Below, in pieces: positions 28,840 to 37,839 of a stretch of DNA of 45,146 bases. Every line of letters begins with the position of its first letter. The first letter of the stretch is position 1. The notes beneath the pieces are model-generated. The model ran no database searches and was not told the DNA's origin. It worked only from the letters and a program-made list of their open reading frames with translations. The position numbers and the translations under genes are program-made. The stretch covers positions 1 through 45,146 of the forward strand of contig CALRZT010000001.1 of the NCBI GenBank assembly GCA_943372725.1. Direction: 5' to 3'. Origin of the DNA: Pseudoxanthobacter soli DSM 19599. GTDB lineage: Bacteria; Pseudomonadota; Alphaproteobacteria; Rhizobiales; Segnochrobactraceae.

Positions 28840-29499
28840 TTACTTCAGCTTCGCTTCGATCAGCTTGGCGATGGCGAAGGCGCGCTGCTCGTAGAGCACC
28901 GGCACCTCGCAGACATAGGTGAGCGAGCGCTCGCGCTCCTCGTAGATGCGCATGTCCCAGTCGAGCGCCACCTCGGCGTCCTCGATGCGGTCGAGGACCG
29001 GGTTGGAGCCGTCGCTGGTGCGCTTCATTTCGCCGATCTTCAGGCTCTCGTCGCCGATCTTGGCGGCGAGCGCCTGCTGGCGCTTCGAATAGCGCTCGAT
29101 GCCGGCGACGACCGAGGAGCGGTCGCGGTCGATGATCTCGAAGGTGGCGGCGAACAGCATCGCCAGACGATGCGCCTTGTCGGCGGCGGCGCTGCTGGCG
29201 AATTCGTCGATCAGCGGCCCGGCCTCCTCGACCGGCAGGCGGCGCGAGGCGAGCTTCGGGGCGAGCTCGCGGATCGCCGCGTCGCCGCTCCAGACCCCGC
29301 CCTCGACGAGCGGACCGCTCCACATCTGGCCGATCGACAGCCGCGGCACCTTGCGCTGCACGCAGGGCCAGTCGCCGCCGGTGGCCGCGGCCGCGGGGCG
29401 CGGACCCACCGTGAACGACGCCGCGACGAGGGCGGCGAGTGCGATCGCCGCCAGCCGGCCGGACCGCCGGGGACGATCGCCGGACTGCGCGCTGTGCAT
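28840..29499 (-). CDS. exported protein of PQQ/lanthanide ABC clusters (LutG-like by position)
   Basis: Signal peptide; DWPCVQRKVP and YVCEVPV..EQR Cys pair; last gene after the permease. Confidence 0.6.
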   Translation of the reverse strand: MHSAQSGDRPRRSGRLAAIALAALVAASFTVGPRPAAAATGGDWPCVQRKVPRLSIGQMWSGPLVEGGVWSGDAAIRELAPKLASRRLPVEEAGPLIDEFASSAAADKAHRLAMLFAATFEIIDRDRSSVVAGIERYSKRQQALAAKIGDESLKIGEMKRTSDGSNPVLDRIEDAEVALDWDMRIYEERERSLTYVCEVPVLYEQRAFAIAKLIEAKLK

Positions 29500-29543
29500 G
29501 CTTCCTCCAGTGTTGTTCTCGTGGCGTCGCTGCCCACCAGCCT

Positions 29544-30380
29544 TCAGCCTGCGCCGCCGCCGCGCCTCATCATCATGCCGCGCGAGGGATCATAGGCGAC
29601 GATGGCGATGGTGAGGAACAGCGCCGCCGTTCCCGCCACGACGGCGAAGGCGAAGGGGTTGAACTGCCCGTAGAGGGCGAAGCGGATGAGGTCGACGGCG
29701 TAGGTGAACGGGTTGAAGCGGCAGATGTCGTAGAGGAGCACGCTGCCCTCGCGCACCCGCCACAGCGGATAGAGCGCCGAGGAGGCGAAGAACATCGGGA
29801 AGATGACGAAGTTCATCACGCCGGCGAAGTTCTCGAGCTGCTTGATCAGCGACGACAGGACGAGCCCGAGGGCGCCGAGCATCAGCCCCGACAGCACCAG
29901 CGCCGGCAGCACCGTCAGGTAGCCGATCCACGGCGGCCGGATCTCCCAGAACCAGGCGATCGCCAGGAACGCGTAGACCTGGAAGATCGAGACGACGACG
30001 CCGGCGGTGAGCTTCGACGCGAGCAGGTACCAGCGCGGGTAGGGGCTGACGAGCAGCGTACGCATCGTGCCGGTCTCGCGGTCGTAGACCATCGACAGCG
30101 ACGACTGCATGCCGTTGAAGAGCTGGATCATCGCGACGAGGCCGGGCGTCACGTAGACCTCGTAGAGCACGTAGGTCTGGTAGGGCGGCTCGATCGACAC
30201 GCCGAGCACGGCGCGGAAGCCGGCGGCGAAGATGAACAGCCAGACGAGAGGGCGCACCAGCGCCGACAGGAAGCGCTCCTTCTGGTGGACGAAGCGGAGC
30301 GCCTCGCGCCAGACGATGCCGCCGAGGCAGACGAGCCAGCCGCCGATGCCGCGCCCGCCGGCCGGGACGAAGCCGCTCAT
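29544..30380 (-). CDS. ABC-2 permease of the PQQ alcohol-dehydrogenase system (PedC/LutF-like)
   Basis: SALVRPLVWL, PPYQTYVLYEVY.TPGL, FNGMQSSLSMVYDRE.G.MR, QLENFAGVMNFVIFP. Confidence 0.85.
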   Translation of the reverse strand: MSGFVPAGGRGIGGWLVCLGGIVWREALRFVHQKERFLSALVRPLVWLFIFAAGFRAVLGVSIEPPYQTYVLYEVYVTPGLVAMIQLFNGMQSSLSMVYDRETGTMRTLLVSPYPRWYLLASKLTAGVVVSIFQVYAFLAIAWFWEIRPPWIGYLTVLPALVLSGLMLGALGLVLSSLIKQLENFAGVMNFVIFPMFFASSALYPLWRVREGSVLLYDICRFNPFTYAVDLIRFALYGQFNPFAFAVVAGTAALFLTIAIVAYDPSRGMMMRRGGGAG

Positions 30381-30390
30381 CGTGCCGTCC

Positions 30391-31164
30391 TCATGCCGCC
30401 GCCTCCCGTTCCGCCACCGGCCGCTCGCCGGTGAGCGCCACGAAGGCGTCGCGGATGGTGGCGACACCGGCGCGCGCGACAATCGCGGCGGCGCTGTCCT
30501 CGGCCAGCACGACGCCCTTGTGGAGGACGACGACGCGGTCGTCCGGCTCCACCTCGTCCATCAGGTGCGTTGCCCACAGGACGCCGAGGCCGTCCTCGGC
30601 GACCAGCGTCCGCACGGCGGTGAGGATCGCCTGGCGGGCACCGACGTCGAGGCCGACCGTCGGCTCATCGAGGAGGAGCAGTTCCGGCCCGTGCAGCATG
30701 GCGCGGACGATCTCGACGCGGCGCAACTGCCCGCCCGACAGCGTGCGGGCGCGGTCCTTCGCGCGGTCGGCGAGGCCGGTGCGCTCCAGCATCTGCATCG
30801 CCCGCGCCCGCGCCTGCCAGCCACCGATGCCGTGCAGGGCGGCGTGGTAGGCGAGGTTTTCCATCACCGTCAGATCGGAATCGATCGCCCGGCTCTGGAA
30901 GACGACGCCGAGCCGGGCGAGCGCCGGCCGCGGCGTCCGCCGCACGTCGTAGCCGCAGACGCGGATCGCGCCGGAGACGTTGCCGTAAAGGCGCGTCACC
31001 AGCGAGAACAGCGTCGTCTTGCCGGCGCCGTTGAGGCCGAGCAGCACCGTGAAGCGGCCGCGCGGCACGGTGAGAGACACGTCCGTCAGCACCTTGCGGG
31101 CGCCGAAGGCGTGGCTCACTCCCTCGACGACGAGGGCGGGACTGTCGCTGGCCGGTGTCGTCAT
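30391..31164 (-). CDS. ABC ATP-binding protein (PedB/LutE-like)
   Basis: GLNGAGKTT Walker A, LSGGQ signature, LLLDEPTVGLD, WATHL. Confidence 0.88.
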   Translation of the reverse strand: MTTPASDSPALVVEGVSHAFGARKVLTDVSLTVPRGRFTVLLGLNGAGKTTLFSLVTRLYGNVSGAIRVCGYDVRRTPRPALARLGVVFQSRAIDSDLTVMENLAYHAALHGIGGWQARARAMQMLERTGLADRAKDRARTLSGGQLRRVEIVRAMLHGPELLLLDEPTVGLDVGARQAILTAVRTLVAEDGLGVLWATHLMDEVEPDDRVVVLHKGVVLAEDSAAAIVARAGVATIRDAFVALTGERPVAEREAAA

Positions 31165-31215
31165 GGCGCTAGGCTACCCGAAACACGCGGCCGCGTCCGA
31201 CGGCGGCGACGATCC

Positions 31216-32196
31216 TCAATCCGGCGAGACGACGACGCCCCACGGCAGGCCGCCGACCGGGATCGACTTCGTCACCTCCATCGTCTCCATGTCGATCACC
31301 GACACGTCGTTGGAGTTGCCGTTGGTGGAGAAGCCGAGCTTGCCGTCCGGCGTATAGGCGAGCTGCCAGACGCGCTGGCCGACGAGCAGGTACTTCTCGA
31401 CCTGCTTGGAGGCGACGTCGACGACGGCGACGCGGTTCGAGGGGCCGAGGGCGACAAGCGCCTTCTTGCCGTCCTTGGAGACGCGCACGCCGACCGGCTG
31501 GATGGCGTCCTTGGCGACGCCCGCGATCTCGAACTCGATCTTGGTGGAGATCTGGCGGGTCGCCATGTCGATCACCGACACCGTGCCGCCGATCTCCGAG
31601 CTCACCCACAGCTCCTTGCCGTCGGGGGTGAACTCGGCGAAGCGTGGGCGGGAATCGACCAGCACGTTCTCGACGATCTCGTGGGTGGCCGTGTCGATGA
31701 TGTGGGCCATGTTGGTCGTCTCGGAGGTGTTGACGACGAACTTGCCGTCCGGGCTGACGCCCATGCCCTCCGGCTCGACGCCGACCGGGATCTCGGCCAC
31801 CATCTTGCGGCTCTCGACGTCGACGACGGTGACGAGCGCGTCGTCCTCGTTGGCGATGTAGAGGTGCTTGCCGTCGGGGGCGAGCACGAACAGCTCCGGA
31901 TCCGGGCCGGACGGCAGGTCGTAGAGCAGCTCCATGGTCTTCGCGTCATAGACCTGCACGGTGTCGTCGTCGCTCGTGCAGACGAACAACTGCTTGCCGT
32001 CGAGCGAGAGGGTGATGCCGCGCGGCCGGTTGCCGACGTCGACCGTCTTGATCACTTCGAGGGTGGCCGTGTCGATCAGCGTGACGGTGTTGTCCTTCTC
32101 GTTCGACACATAGACCGTGTAGGCGCCGGCCGGGCCGGCGAGCATCGTCGCGGCGAGGAGGGCGGTGGCGGCATACGTCGCGAGGCGTGTCGTCAT
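31216..32196 (-). CDS. PQQ-catabolism-associated YVTN beta-propeller (PedA2/LutB-like)
   Basis: Signal peptide, YVSNEKDNT, G.RPRGI, PSGPDPE.F, GVEPEGM, TSETTNMAH, LVGQRVWQ. Confidence 0.85.
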   Translation of the reverse strand: MTTRLATYAATALLAATMLAGPAGAYTVYVSNEKDNTVTLIDTATLEVIKTVDVGNRPRGITLSLDGKQLFVCTSDDDTVQVYDAKTMELLYDLPSGPDPELFVLAPDGKHLYIANEDDALVTVVDVESRKMVAEIPVGVEPEGMGVSPDGKFVVNTSETTNMAHIIDTATHEIVENVLVDSRPRFAEFTPDGKELWVSSEIGGTVSVIDMATRQISTKIEFEIAGVAKDAIQPVGVRVSKDGKKALVALGPSNRVAVVDVASKQVEKYLLVGQRVWQLAYTPDGKLGFSTNGNSNDVSVIDMETMEVTKSIPVGGLPWGVVVSPD

Positions 32197-32271
32197 CGGT
32201 CGGATCCTCCCTGAAATCTCGTTCGCTCGGCCGTCGCGGACGGCCGGTGTGGTTTGGTGGCCATCCCGGGA

Positions 32272-33558
32272 TCAGAGCTTGCAGGCACTCTCCGGCTGGT
32301 CGTAGCCCAGGGTGTCGAGCTCGGTGACCTTGTGCAGGTAGCCCTCCTGCGGCGAGACGGTGACCGGCAGCTTCGACGTGCCGAGGATCACCGGCTGGCG
32401 CAACTGGCCGTCCCAGGGCCGGAAGGTCAGGGCCTGGCCCTTGAAGGCCGCGAGGTTGAAGTCGGGCCCCTTGATGTAGTCGCGGACCGGGGCGTACTCC
32501 GCCGACTTGGAGCGCGTGGCCGCCTCGCCGATGGTGCGCACCGCCATCCACGCCTGGTAGTCGAGCGGGCGCATGGTGCGGTTGTTCTTCTTGACGAAGC
32601 GGTTCTGCAGCTGCGTCGCGCCCCACTGCTCGTGGGCGGGGTGCCAGGACGCCGGCACGAGGCCGGCCGAGCCGACGACGAGGCTCGGCTCCCAGGTGCG
32701 GTAGGGCAGGTACTCGCCGAAGATCTCGCTCTCGTCGGCGACGACGATGACGTCGTGCTCCTCGGCGCGCTGGGTGAACACCGGGATCTGCTTCTGCACC
32801 TGGACGTGGCCGGTGTCGGTGCGCCGCGAGCCGCCGGTGTCCTCGTAGACCCGCTCTTCGACCACCTTCGCCCCGAAGCGCGTCGCCGCCCGCTGCAGCG
32901 CCGCCGCCCAGAGCTCGTCGTTCGGATGGCTGCCGCGGATCAGGAACCACTCGTCCCAGCGCTTCCACATCATGAACTGCGCCAGCGCGTCGGCGAGCAT
33001 GGCGCGCGACGGGCCGAGGTGCAGCACGTTGGCGCGGCAGTCCTCGCCGCGCAGGCGGTCGTCCGGCGCGCCGGCATTGAGGATGAGGGCCTCGTCGCCG
33101 GCGGCGTCGGCGAGCGCCAGCACCGTTTCGGCCGGCGCGAGGGTGACGATGAAATGGACGTCTTGCGCCAGTAGGTCCTTCAGCGCCGCCACCGCGTCGC
33201 CGCCGACCGGCACCTCGACCTCGACGATGTCGAAGTGCTGCTTCATGAAGCGGCCGGTGGTGTTGTTGTCCTCGGCGGCGAGGCGGGCGCCGGAGAAGCC
33301 GTCGTCGGCGGGCGGGATGTCGAGGAGCGACAGCGGCTCGGGGGCGTCCACCAGTTGCTTGAGGACCGCGATCTTGACGTTGGCGACCTCGGCGGCGGGC
33401 TTGGTCGCTGCGGGAGGCGTCGCGGGGGCTGCATCCTGGGCGCCTGCCGGCAGTGTCACCGACGCCAGCGCCAACGCGACGAGGGCGGCGCCGATGCGCG
33501 CCGTCCCGGTCGAGCGTGTCGCGGGCCGGAACTTCTCCTGCCGCATTGACCACTCCAT
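32272..33558 (-). CDS. ABC substrate-binding protein of the PQQ alcohol-dehydrogenase system (PedA1/LutA-like)
   Basis: DNNTTGRF, PSRAMLADALAQ, VADE...FG.YLPY, HEQWGATQLQNRF, SPQEGYLH...LDTLG.D.PES.C. Confidence 0.85.
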   Translation of the reverse strand: MEWSMRQEKFRPATRSTGTARIGAALVALALASVTLPAGAQDAAPATPPAATKPAAEVANVKIAVLKQLVDAPEPLSLLDIPPADDGFSGARLAAEDNNTTGRFMKQHFDIVEVEVPVGGDAVAALKDLLAQDVHFIVTLAPAETVLALADAAGDEALILNAGAPDDRLRGEDCRANVLHLGPSRAMLADALAQFMMWKRWDEWFLIRGSHPNDELWAAALQRAATRFGAKVVEERVYEDTGGSRRTDTGHVQVQKQIPVFTQRAEEHDVIVVADESEIFGEYLPYRTWEPSLVVGSAGLVPASWHPAHEQWGATQLQNRFVKKNNRTMRPLDYQAWMAVRTIGEAATRSKSAEYAPVRDYIKGPDFNLAAFKGQALTFRPWDGQLRQPVILGTSKLPVTVSPQEGYLHKVTELDTLGYDQPESACKL

Positions 33559-33744
33559 GCCGCCTGCCTCCCGATTGAACTTTTCCCGACATCTAGCATG
33601 TATGGTCCAGCGATCAAGTTTCCAAAGATATTAAGAAGCTAATAAGCGAGATTGTCTTTGCTTTTCAGAATTCATCTTTCTATGTCTTTTGGGCAAAAGT
33701 TCCCGAACGGGACGGTGCGCGATGCGCGCAAAGGGAGGTCGGCG
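33559..33744. promoter_or_regulatory. AT-rich divergent control region
   Basis: Most AT-rich stretch of the window by eye; palindrome cttttg-gg-caaaag (33686-33699); inverted pair gaacttttccc (33577-33587) and gggcaaaagttc (33691-33702). Confidence 0.55.
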
Positions 33745-34368
33745 GTGAGGGCAGGGCGCAGGCAGCGGGTGCAGGCGGGCGCAGCGGCGCTTCCGGCGGA
33801 CCGGGCGACGGGTGCGCACGCGCTCCTCATCGCCGCTCTCGTCTTGACGGCCCTCGTCTTCGCTGTGCTCGCCGCCGCACCGCTGTCCGCCGCCCAGGAC
33901 CCGGCGACGGCGCCCATCAAGGTGGTGGTCTTCCCGTTCGAGCTGGTCGACACCAGCCAGGAGGGCGAGAGGGACGGCGCCCGCGCCGACCAGGAGGCGC
34001 GCCTCGACCGTCTGGCCACCGACCTGAAGGCGCAACTCGCCGCCTCCGGCCGCTACGAGATCGTCGAACTCACGCCGCCGGTCGAGGCCGAGTATGCGCG
34101 CCTCGCGCCGATGCGCGGCTGCAACGGCTGCGACATCGACCTCGCCAAGGCGGTCGGCGCCACGCAAGGCATGGTCGGCATCGTCCAGAAGGTGTCGAAC
34201 CTCATCCTCGACGTCGCCATCTACGTGCGCGATGTCGAGACCGGCCGCGTCCTCCAGGTCGCCAAGACCTCGATCCGCGGCAACACCGACGAATCCTGGC
34301 AGCGCGGCCTGCGCTTCCTGGTCGACAACAGGCTGCTCGCCGCCCCGCCCGGCGGCGCGCCGAACTGA
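33745..34368 (+). CDS. DUF3280/DUF2380-like exported protein
   Basis: GTG start with GGGAGG RBS; signal peptide; FPFELVDTS, CNGC, VQKVSNLIL, IRGNTDESWQRG. Confidence 0.75.
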   Translation: MRAGRRQRVQAGAAALPADRATGAHALLIAALVLTALVFAVLAAAPLSAAQDPATAPIKVVVFPFELVDTSQEGERDGARADQEARLDRLATDLKAQLAASGRYEIVELTPPVEAEYARLAPMRGCNGCDIDLAKAVGATQGMVGIVQKVSNLILDVAIYVRDVETGRVLQVAKTSIRGNTDESWQRGLRFLVDNRLLAAPPGGAPN

Positions 34369-34421
34369 CGCCGATGCCGGCGGTGCGCCGGTTGCGAAGA
34401 ACGAACAGGGAGATTTGTCCG

Positions 34422-35441
34422 ATGCTTGGTTCCCTTGCGCGGTCGCTGGCGCGACCCGTCGCATCCGCTCGCACCGCCGTGGTGGCCGTGGCGATGCTGC
34501 TCGCGTTCGCCGTCGGCGCCGACCGCGCCAATGCGGCTGACGCCATCCGCGTCGCGGTCTTGAAGTTCGGCACCGTCAACTGGCTGATGGACGTCATCAA
34601 GACGAACGGCCTCGACGCCAAGAACGGCTACGCCCTCGAGCTCGTCGAGCTCGCCGGTCGCGACGCCACCACTGTGGCCCTGCAGGCGGGCGACGTCGAC
34701 CTCATCACCGCCGACTGGTTCTGGGCGCTGCGCGCCCGCGGCGAGGGCGAGGACATGATGTTCGCGCCTTACTCTGCGGCGCTCGGCGCCGTGATTGTGC
34801 GCGGCGACAGCGACATCAAGGGCGTCAAGGACCTCGTCGGCAAGAAGATCGGCGTCGCCGGCGGCCCGCTCGACAAGAGCTGGCTGCTGCTGCGCGGCTA
34901 CGGCGAGAAGGAGGCCGGGGTCGACCTCGCCACCGCCGCCGAGCCGGTGTTCGGCGCGCCGCCGCTCCTCAACGAGCAGCTGAAGAACGGCAGCCTCGAC
35001 GCGGTGCTGACCTACTGGCACTTCGCCGCCCGCCTCGAGGGCTCGGGCCTGAAGCAGGTCATCGGCGTTCCGGAGATGATGGACGCGCTCGAGATCGAGC
35101 CGAACCCGCCGCTCGTCGGCTTCGTCTGGCGCTCCTCGAAGCTCGGCGACCGCGGCGCCGCCGTGGCCGGCTTCATGAAGTCGGTCGTCGAGGCGAACCG
35201 CCTGCTCGCGACCTCCGACGCCGAGTGGGACCGCCTGCGGCCGCTGATGCAGGTCGACAGCGACGCCGAGTTCGCGGCGCTGAAGACGCGCTACCGCGAG
35301 GGCATGGTGGAAGGCTGGTCGGCCGCCTATACCAACTCCGCCGACAAGCTCTACGAGACGCTGGAGCAGCTCGGCGGCGAGACTCTGGTCGGCCCGAAGT
35401 CGACGTTCGAGCCCTCGGTGTTCTGGATGCCGTCGTCCTGA
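34422..35441 (+). CDS. NitT/TauT-family ABC substrate-binding protein (PqqT-like candidate)
   Basis: Signal peptide; KFGTVNW, DWFW, PYS.ALG, GVAGGPLDKSW, FGAPPLL, YWHFAARL. Confidence 0.75.
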   Translation: MLGSLARSLARPVASARTAVVAVAMLLAFAVGADRANAADAIRVAVLKFGTVNWLMDVIKTNGLDAKNGYALELVELAGRDATTVALQAGDVDLITADWFWALRARGEGEDMMFAPYSAALGAVIVRGDSDIKGVKDLVGKKIGVAGGPLDKSWLLLRGYGEKEAGVDLATAAEPVFGAPPLLNEQLKNGSLDAVLTYWHFAARLEGSGLKQVIGVPEMMDALEIEPNPPLVGFVWRSSKLGDRGAAVAGFMKSVVEANRLLATSDAEWDRLRPLMQVDSDAEFAALKTRYREGMVEGWSAAYTNSADKLYETLEQLGGETLVGPKSTFEPSVFWMPSS

Positions 35442-35481
35442 CGACGGATCGCGGGGCGGACTTGCGGGCGGGGCGGCGACG

Positions 35482-36252
35482 GTGGCGACGGGATCGGGCG
35501 TGTCATCGACGCTGTCGCGCATCGGCTGGACGCTCGTCTCGCTCGCCGCGCTGGTGGCGGTCTGGGCCGTCGCTGCCGCCCTGATCGACAGCCGGGTGCT
35601 GCCAAGTCCCGCCGCCGTGCTGGCGGCGGCGGTCCGCGACAGCGCCACCGGCGAACTCCCCTACAACGTCGCCATTACGCTCGGCCGCGTGGTGGTGTCG
35701 TTCTCGCTGGCGATGGTCATCGGCGGCGCCATCGGCCTCGCCCTTGGGCGTTCGCCGCGTGCCGACCGCTTCTTCGACGGCTGGCTGATCGTCCTCCTCA
35801 ACATCCCGGCGCTGGTCGTCATCATCCTCTGCTACGTCTGGTTCGGCCTGACCGAGGTTGCCGCGATCTCGGCGGTGGCGATCAACAAGATCCCGAACGT
35901 CGCGGTCACCGTGCGCGAGGGTGCCCGCGCCCTGTCGCGCGACCTCGACGAGATGGCGACCGTCTACCGCTTCTCATGGCGACGGCGCCTTCGCCACGTG
36001 GTGATGCCGCAGCTCGCGCCGTTCCTCGCCGCCTCGGCCCGCTCCGGGCTCGCGCTGGTCTGGAAGATCGTTCTGGTGGTGGAGTTGCTCGGCCGCTCGA
36101 ACGGCGTCGGTTTCCAGTTGCATCTCTACTTTCAACTGTTCGACGTCGCCTCTATCCTCGCCTATGCGATCGCCTTCATCCTCGTCGTCCAGGCGATCGA
36201 GATCCTGATCCTGCAGCCCTGGGAGCGCGCGGCGAACCGATGGCGTCGATGA
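35482..36252 (+). CDS. NitT/TauT-family ABC permease
   Basis: Multiple TM helices, EAA-like REGARAL...LDEMA, WKIVLVVELLGRSNGVG. Confidence 0.88.
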   Translation: MATGSGVSSTLSRIGWTLVSLAALVAVWAVAAALIDSRVLPSPAAVLAAAVRDSATGELPYNVAITLGRVVVSFSLAMVIGGAIGLALGRSPRADRFFDGWLIVLLNIPALVVIILCYVWFGLTEVAAISAVAINKIPNVAVTVREGARALSRDLDEMATVYRFSWRRRLRHVVMPQLAPFLAASARSGLALVWKIVLVVELLGRSNGVGFQLHLYFQLFDVASILAYAIAFILVVQAIEILILQPWERAANRWRR

Positions 36253-37052
36253 GCGGCCTCGACATCGCGATCGATCGCAAGGCCTTCCCGGCCGTCGGCA
36301 CGACCGCCGAGCGGCTGCTCTACCGCGACTTCCGGCTTTCGGTGGAGCCGGGCTCCTTCGTCGCGCTGATCGGCCCGTCCGGCTGCGGCAAGACCACCCT
36401 TCTCAACATGGTCGCCGGGCTCGACCGCGACTTTGTCGGCCAGGTGCGCACCGTCGGCGGTGCGGGCCCCGGCGAGGCGCCACCGTCGCCGCGCTTCGCC
36501 TATGTCTTCCAGAACCCGCGGCTGCTGCCGTGGCGGACCGTTCGCGAGAATGTCGCCCTGGCGCTTGATGCAGACCAGTTGGCGCGCGGTCTCGTCGACC
36601 GTTTCGTCGACCTCGTCGGCCTCACCGAGGCGGCGGACCAGCACCCGGAGCGGCTGTCGGTCGGCATGCAGCGGCGTGCCGCCCTCGCCCGCGCCTTCGC
36701 CACCGAACCCGACGTGCTGTTGATGGACGAGCCTTTCGTGTCGCTCGACGAGGCGACCGCCGAGCGGCTGCGGCTGCTCCTCCTCGACCTCCTCGCCGTG
36801 CGGCCGGCCACCGTCCTGTTCGTCACCCACGACACCCGCGAGACGGTGATGCTGGCGGACCGGCTGATCGAGGTCGCCGGCAACCCGGTCGCGATCGTCC
36901 GCGACGTCCGCATCGGCCTCGACGCGAGCGGCCGCCGTGACGCCACAGCGCGTGCCGCCGTGCATGCCCGCCTGTTCACCGAGGGTCATCCCGTGCTCGT
37001 GCCCGTCGGCGGCGACCGTCCGGCCGGGGGTGCGCTGGAGGGACGGCGGTGA
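36249..37052 (+). CDS. NitT/TauT-family ABC ATP-binding protein
   Basis: GPSGCGKTT, FQNPRLLPW, LSVGMQRR, MDEPF, FVTHD; ATGA overlap with the permease. Confidence 0.9.
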   Translation: MSGLDIAIDRKAFPAVGTTAERLLYRDFRLSVEPGSFVALIGPSGCGKTTLLNMVAGLDRDFVGQVRTVGGAGPGEAPPSPRFAYVFQNPRLLPWRTVRENVALALDADQLARGLVDRFVDLVGLTEAADQHPERLSVGMQRRAALARAFATEPDVLLMDEPFVSLDEATAERLRLLLLDLLAVRPATVLFVTHDTRETVMLADRLIEVAGNPVAIVRDVRIGLDASGRRDATARAAVHARLFTEGHPVLVPVGGDRPAGGALEGRR

Positions 37053-37765
37053 GGCCCGGCGGTCCGACGCGGCTGCTCGTCAGCGCCCGCGACGCCGAGG
37101 AGGCCCTGGTCGCGCTCGCGGCCGGTGCCGACGTCATCGACCTCAAGGAGCCGCGCGAGGGCGCGCTCGGCATGGTGGCGGTGGACGAGATCCGCCGCGC
37201 TGTCGCTGCCGTCGGCCGGCGCCGCCCGGTCAGCGCCACCACCGGCGACGGCACGCCGGACGATCCCGCCGCCGTGCTCGCCGCCGCCGCCGCGGTCGCC
37301 GAGACGGGGGTGGACTTCGTCAAGGTCGGGCTGTTTCCCGGCGAGGGCCGGCGAGCGCTGATCGAGACGCTGGGCCTCGGCCTCGCCTCGGAGACGCGGC
37401 TCGTCGCGGTGCTGTTCGCCGACCACGGCTTCGACGCCGGCCTGATCGAACCGCTGGCCGATGCCGGTTTCCACGGCCTCGTGGTCGACACCGCCGGCAA
37501 GCGCAGCGGCCGGCTCCTCGATCACCTCGCGCCGGCCGACCTCGAGGCGGTGGTGGCGGCATGCCGCGCCGCCGGTCTGTTCTGCGGCCTCGCCGGCTCC
37601 GTGCGCCTCGATGACATTCCCGCGCTCGCGGCCCTGTCGCCCGAGCTCATCGGGGTGCGTGGCGCCGCCACAGCCGGGCCGGATCGCACGGCGCCGCTCG
37701 ATGGCGGCCGCGTCGCCGCCCTCGTCGCGGCGCTGGCAGCCGCCGCCCGTCCCCATGCCGCCTGA
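37049..37765 (+). CDS. mfnB: (5-formylfuran-3-yl)methyl phosphate synthase-like (DUF556/Orf22), methanofuran/methylofuran biosynthesis
   Basis: LLVS....EEA..A...GADVIDLKEP..GALG, FVKVG, DTAGK, GLAGS, GVRGA; GTGA overlap. Confidence 0.85.
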   Translation: MRPGGPTRLLVSARDAEEALVALAAGADVIDLKEPREGALGMVAVDEIRRAVAAVGRRRPVSATTGDGTPDDPAAVLAAAAAVAETGVDFVKVGLFPGEGRRALIETLGLGLASETRLVAVLFADHGFDAGLIEPLADAGFHGLVVDTAGKRSGRLLDHLAPADLEAVVAACRAAGLFCGLAGSVRLDDIPALAALSPELIGVRGAATAGPDRTAPLDGGRVAALVAALAAAARPHAA

Positions 37766-37839
37766 TTGCGCCCGGCCGGCGGGCGTGGCACGGCAACAGC
37801 GTCGTCCTCGACCTGTTCCGCGCCGCACCGGAGAGCCTC

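Noticed and set aside
32228-32246. Hairpin cggccgtc-gcg-gacggccg between the lutA-like and lutB-like genes
   Set aside because: Short intercistronic stem with no U-tract; at most an mRNA stabiliser.
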